From: Hydrogenophilales bacterium
GTDB lineage: Bacteria; Pseudomonadota; Gammaproteobacteria; Burkholderiales; Thiobacillaceae
NCBI GenBank assembly: GCA_037439465.1
Contig: JBBIVX010000014.1
Location: 7,293 to 71,292 of the forward strand
DNA: 64,000 nucleotides
Direction: 5' to 3'
Shown here: positions 63,232-64,000 of the stretch, piece by piece
Position numbering within the stretch: position 1 is the stretch's first letter
Layout of the letters: each line of letters begins with the position of its first letter
Notes under the pieces: model-generated
The model's database searches: none
What the model saw: the letters and a program-made list of their open reading frames with translations, nothing else
Told to the model about the DNA's origin: nothing
Made by a program: the position numbers and the translations under genes

Positions 63232-64000
63232 TGGCGGCAACCCGCGTCCCCGTCCTCATGTACCACCGGGTGGGCGCGGCCCACAACGCCTGGGAGGCGC
63301 GCTATGCCATCAGCCCCGCCAACTTTGCCGCCCACATGCAGACCCTGGCGCGCCAGGGCTACCGGGCGGTGCAGATCGACGCGCTGATCGACTGGCTGGA
63401 AGGCGGCCCGTCCCTGCCGGAAGGGGCGATCCTGGTCACCTTCGACGACGGCTTTCGCGGCGTGCGCGAACATGCGCTTCCGGTTTTGGAGCGCATGGGC
63501 TGGCCGTTCACCGTTTTTCTTGTGAGCGATCTGATCGGCGGCGAGGACGTCTGGACCCGCGCCTCGAATCCCGCTGGCGTGACCTATCCCCTGCTCGCTA
63601 TGGACGATATCCGCGACATGCAGCGGCGCGGCGTCAGCTTCCACTCCCACACCCGCAGCCACCCCAGTCTACCCAGCCTGGATGACGCTCAACTGAGGGA
63701 ACAACTGGCCGGCTCGCGCCAGCGGCTGACCGAGCGGCTGGGCGCGGAAGTGCGCTATCTCGCCTACCCCTTTGGCCATGCCGACGAGCGCGTGGCAGCG
63801 GCCACCCAGGCCGCCGGCTATCGCGCGGCCTTCTCCACCCGCTCCGGGTTCAACCGCCGCGATGTCGACAGATTTCAGATCAGGCGCATCGACGTCTTCG
63901 GCACGGACACGCCAGCCATGTTGCTGCGCAAGGTCAGGCTGGGTAGCAACGATGGCCGCCTCATGTACGCCGCGCGTTACTACCTCGGCCGGCTCAAAAG
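63231..64000 (+). CDS. Polysaccharide deacetylase (NodB homology domain), 3' end outside the window
   Basis: Not in the ORF track because no stop is reached. Read by hand: MAATRVPVLMYHRV...ILVTFDDGFRG...FHSHTRSHP...LAYPFG. ATG 63231 shares one nt with the upstream TGA. Confidence 0.85.
   Translation, partial: MAATRVPVLMYHRVGAAHNAWEARYAISPANFAAHMQTLARQGYRAVQIDALIDWLEGGPSLPEGAILVTFDDGFRGVREHALPVLERMGWPFTVFLVSDLIGGEDVWTRASNPAGVTYPLLAMDDIRDMQRRGVSFHSHTRSHPSLPSLDDAQLREQLAGSRQRLTERLGAEVRYLAYPFGHADERVAAATQAAGYRAAFSTRSGFNRRDVDRFQIRRIDVFGTDTPAMLLRKVRLGSNDGRLMYAARYYLGRLK

Overview
This is a high-GC proteobacterial chromosomal segment, probably from a betaproteobacterium. It is densely coding. I saw no rRNA, tRNA, CRISPR array, transposase or integrase. 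Functional calls rest on motif-level reading and remembered family signatures, not on searches.

In window order:

- **1-12902 (+):** a translationally coupled four-gene operon of mostly unknown function. It contains a 5'-truncated large protein and a small secreted protein. It also encodes a 1898-aa secreted giant with an internal OmpA-like domain, helical repeats and a barrel-like tail. The last gene is a 1383-aa fusion of HEAT-type repeats to a PgsB/CapB-like (poly-gamma-glutamate synthase type) Mur-ligase core. No pgsC or pgsA is visible. This is my top candidate for an undescribed envelope polymer system.
- **12916-15939:** nadA, an orphan IPTL-CTERM surface protein, and a class II aldolase.
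- **16022-26531 (-):** an rnf operon in the order rnfB, PFOR, rnfC-D-G-E-A. The oversized pyruvate:ferredoxin oxidoreductase carries a fused C-terminal ferredoxin module. A coupled Cys/Gly-rich micro-protein follows rnfA, and a LysR-type regulator is transcribed divergently.
- **27733-42800 (-):** a complete nuoA-N operon (NADH dehydrogenase I) followed by a Pal-like lipoprotein.
- **42960-64000:** a large surface-polysaccharide locus.
  - Precursor and export genes: a TviB/TviC-like pair for the UDP-GalNAcA precursor, a Cys-less AsnB-like amidoligase, and a Wzx-type flippase.
  - Acylation module: an MBOAT acyltransferase with a membrane-anchored partner and a beta-helix protein.
  - Other genes: an FG-GAP/ASPIC protein, a C5-epimerase-like protein, and a methyltransferase.
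  - Sulfation genes: two sulfotransferases, one fused to a degenerate CysQ-like domain.
  - Polymer-building genes: an exostosin-like glycosyltransferase, a GT2 glycosyltransferase and a NodB-type deacetylase.

The gene content of this last locus suggests a sulfated, glycosaminoglycan-like polymer.
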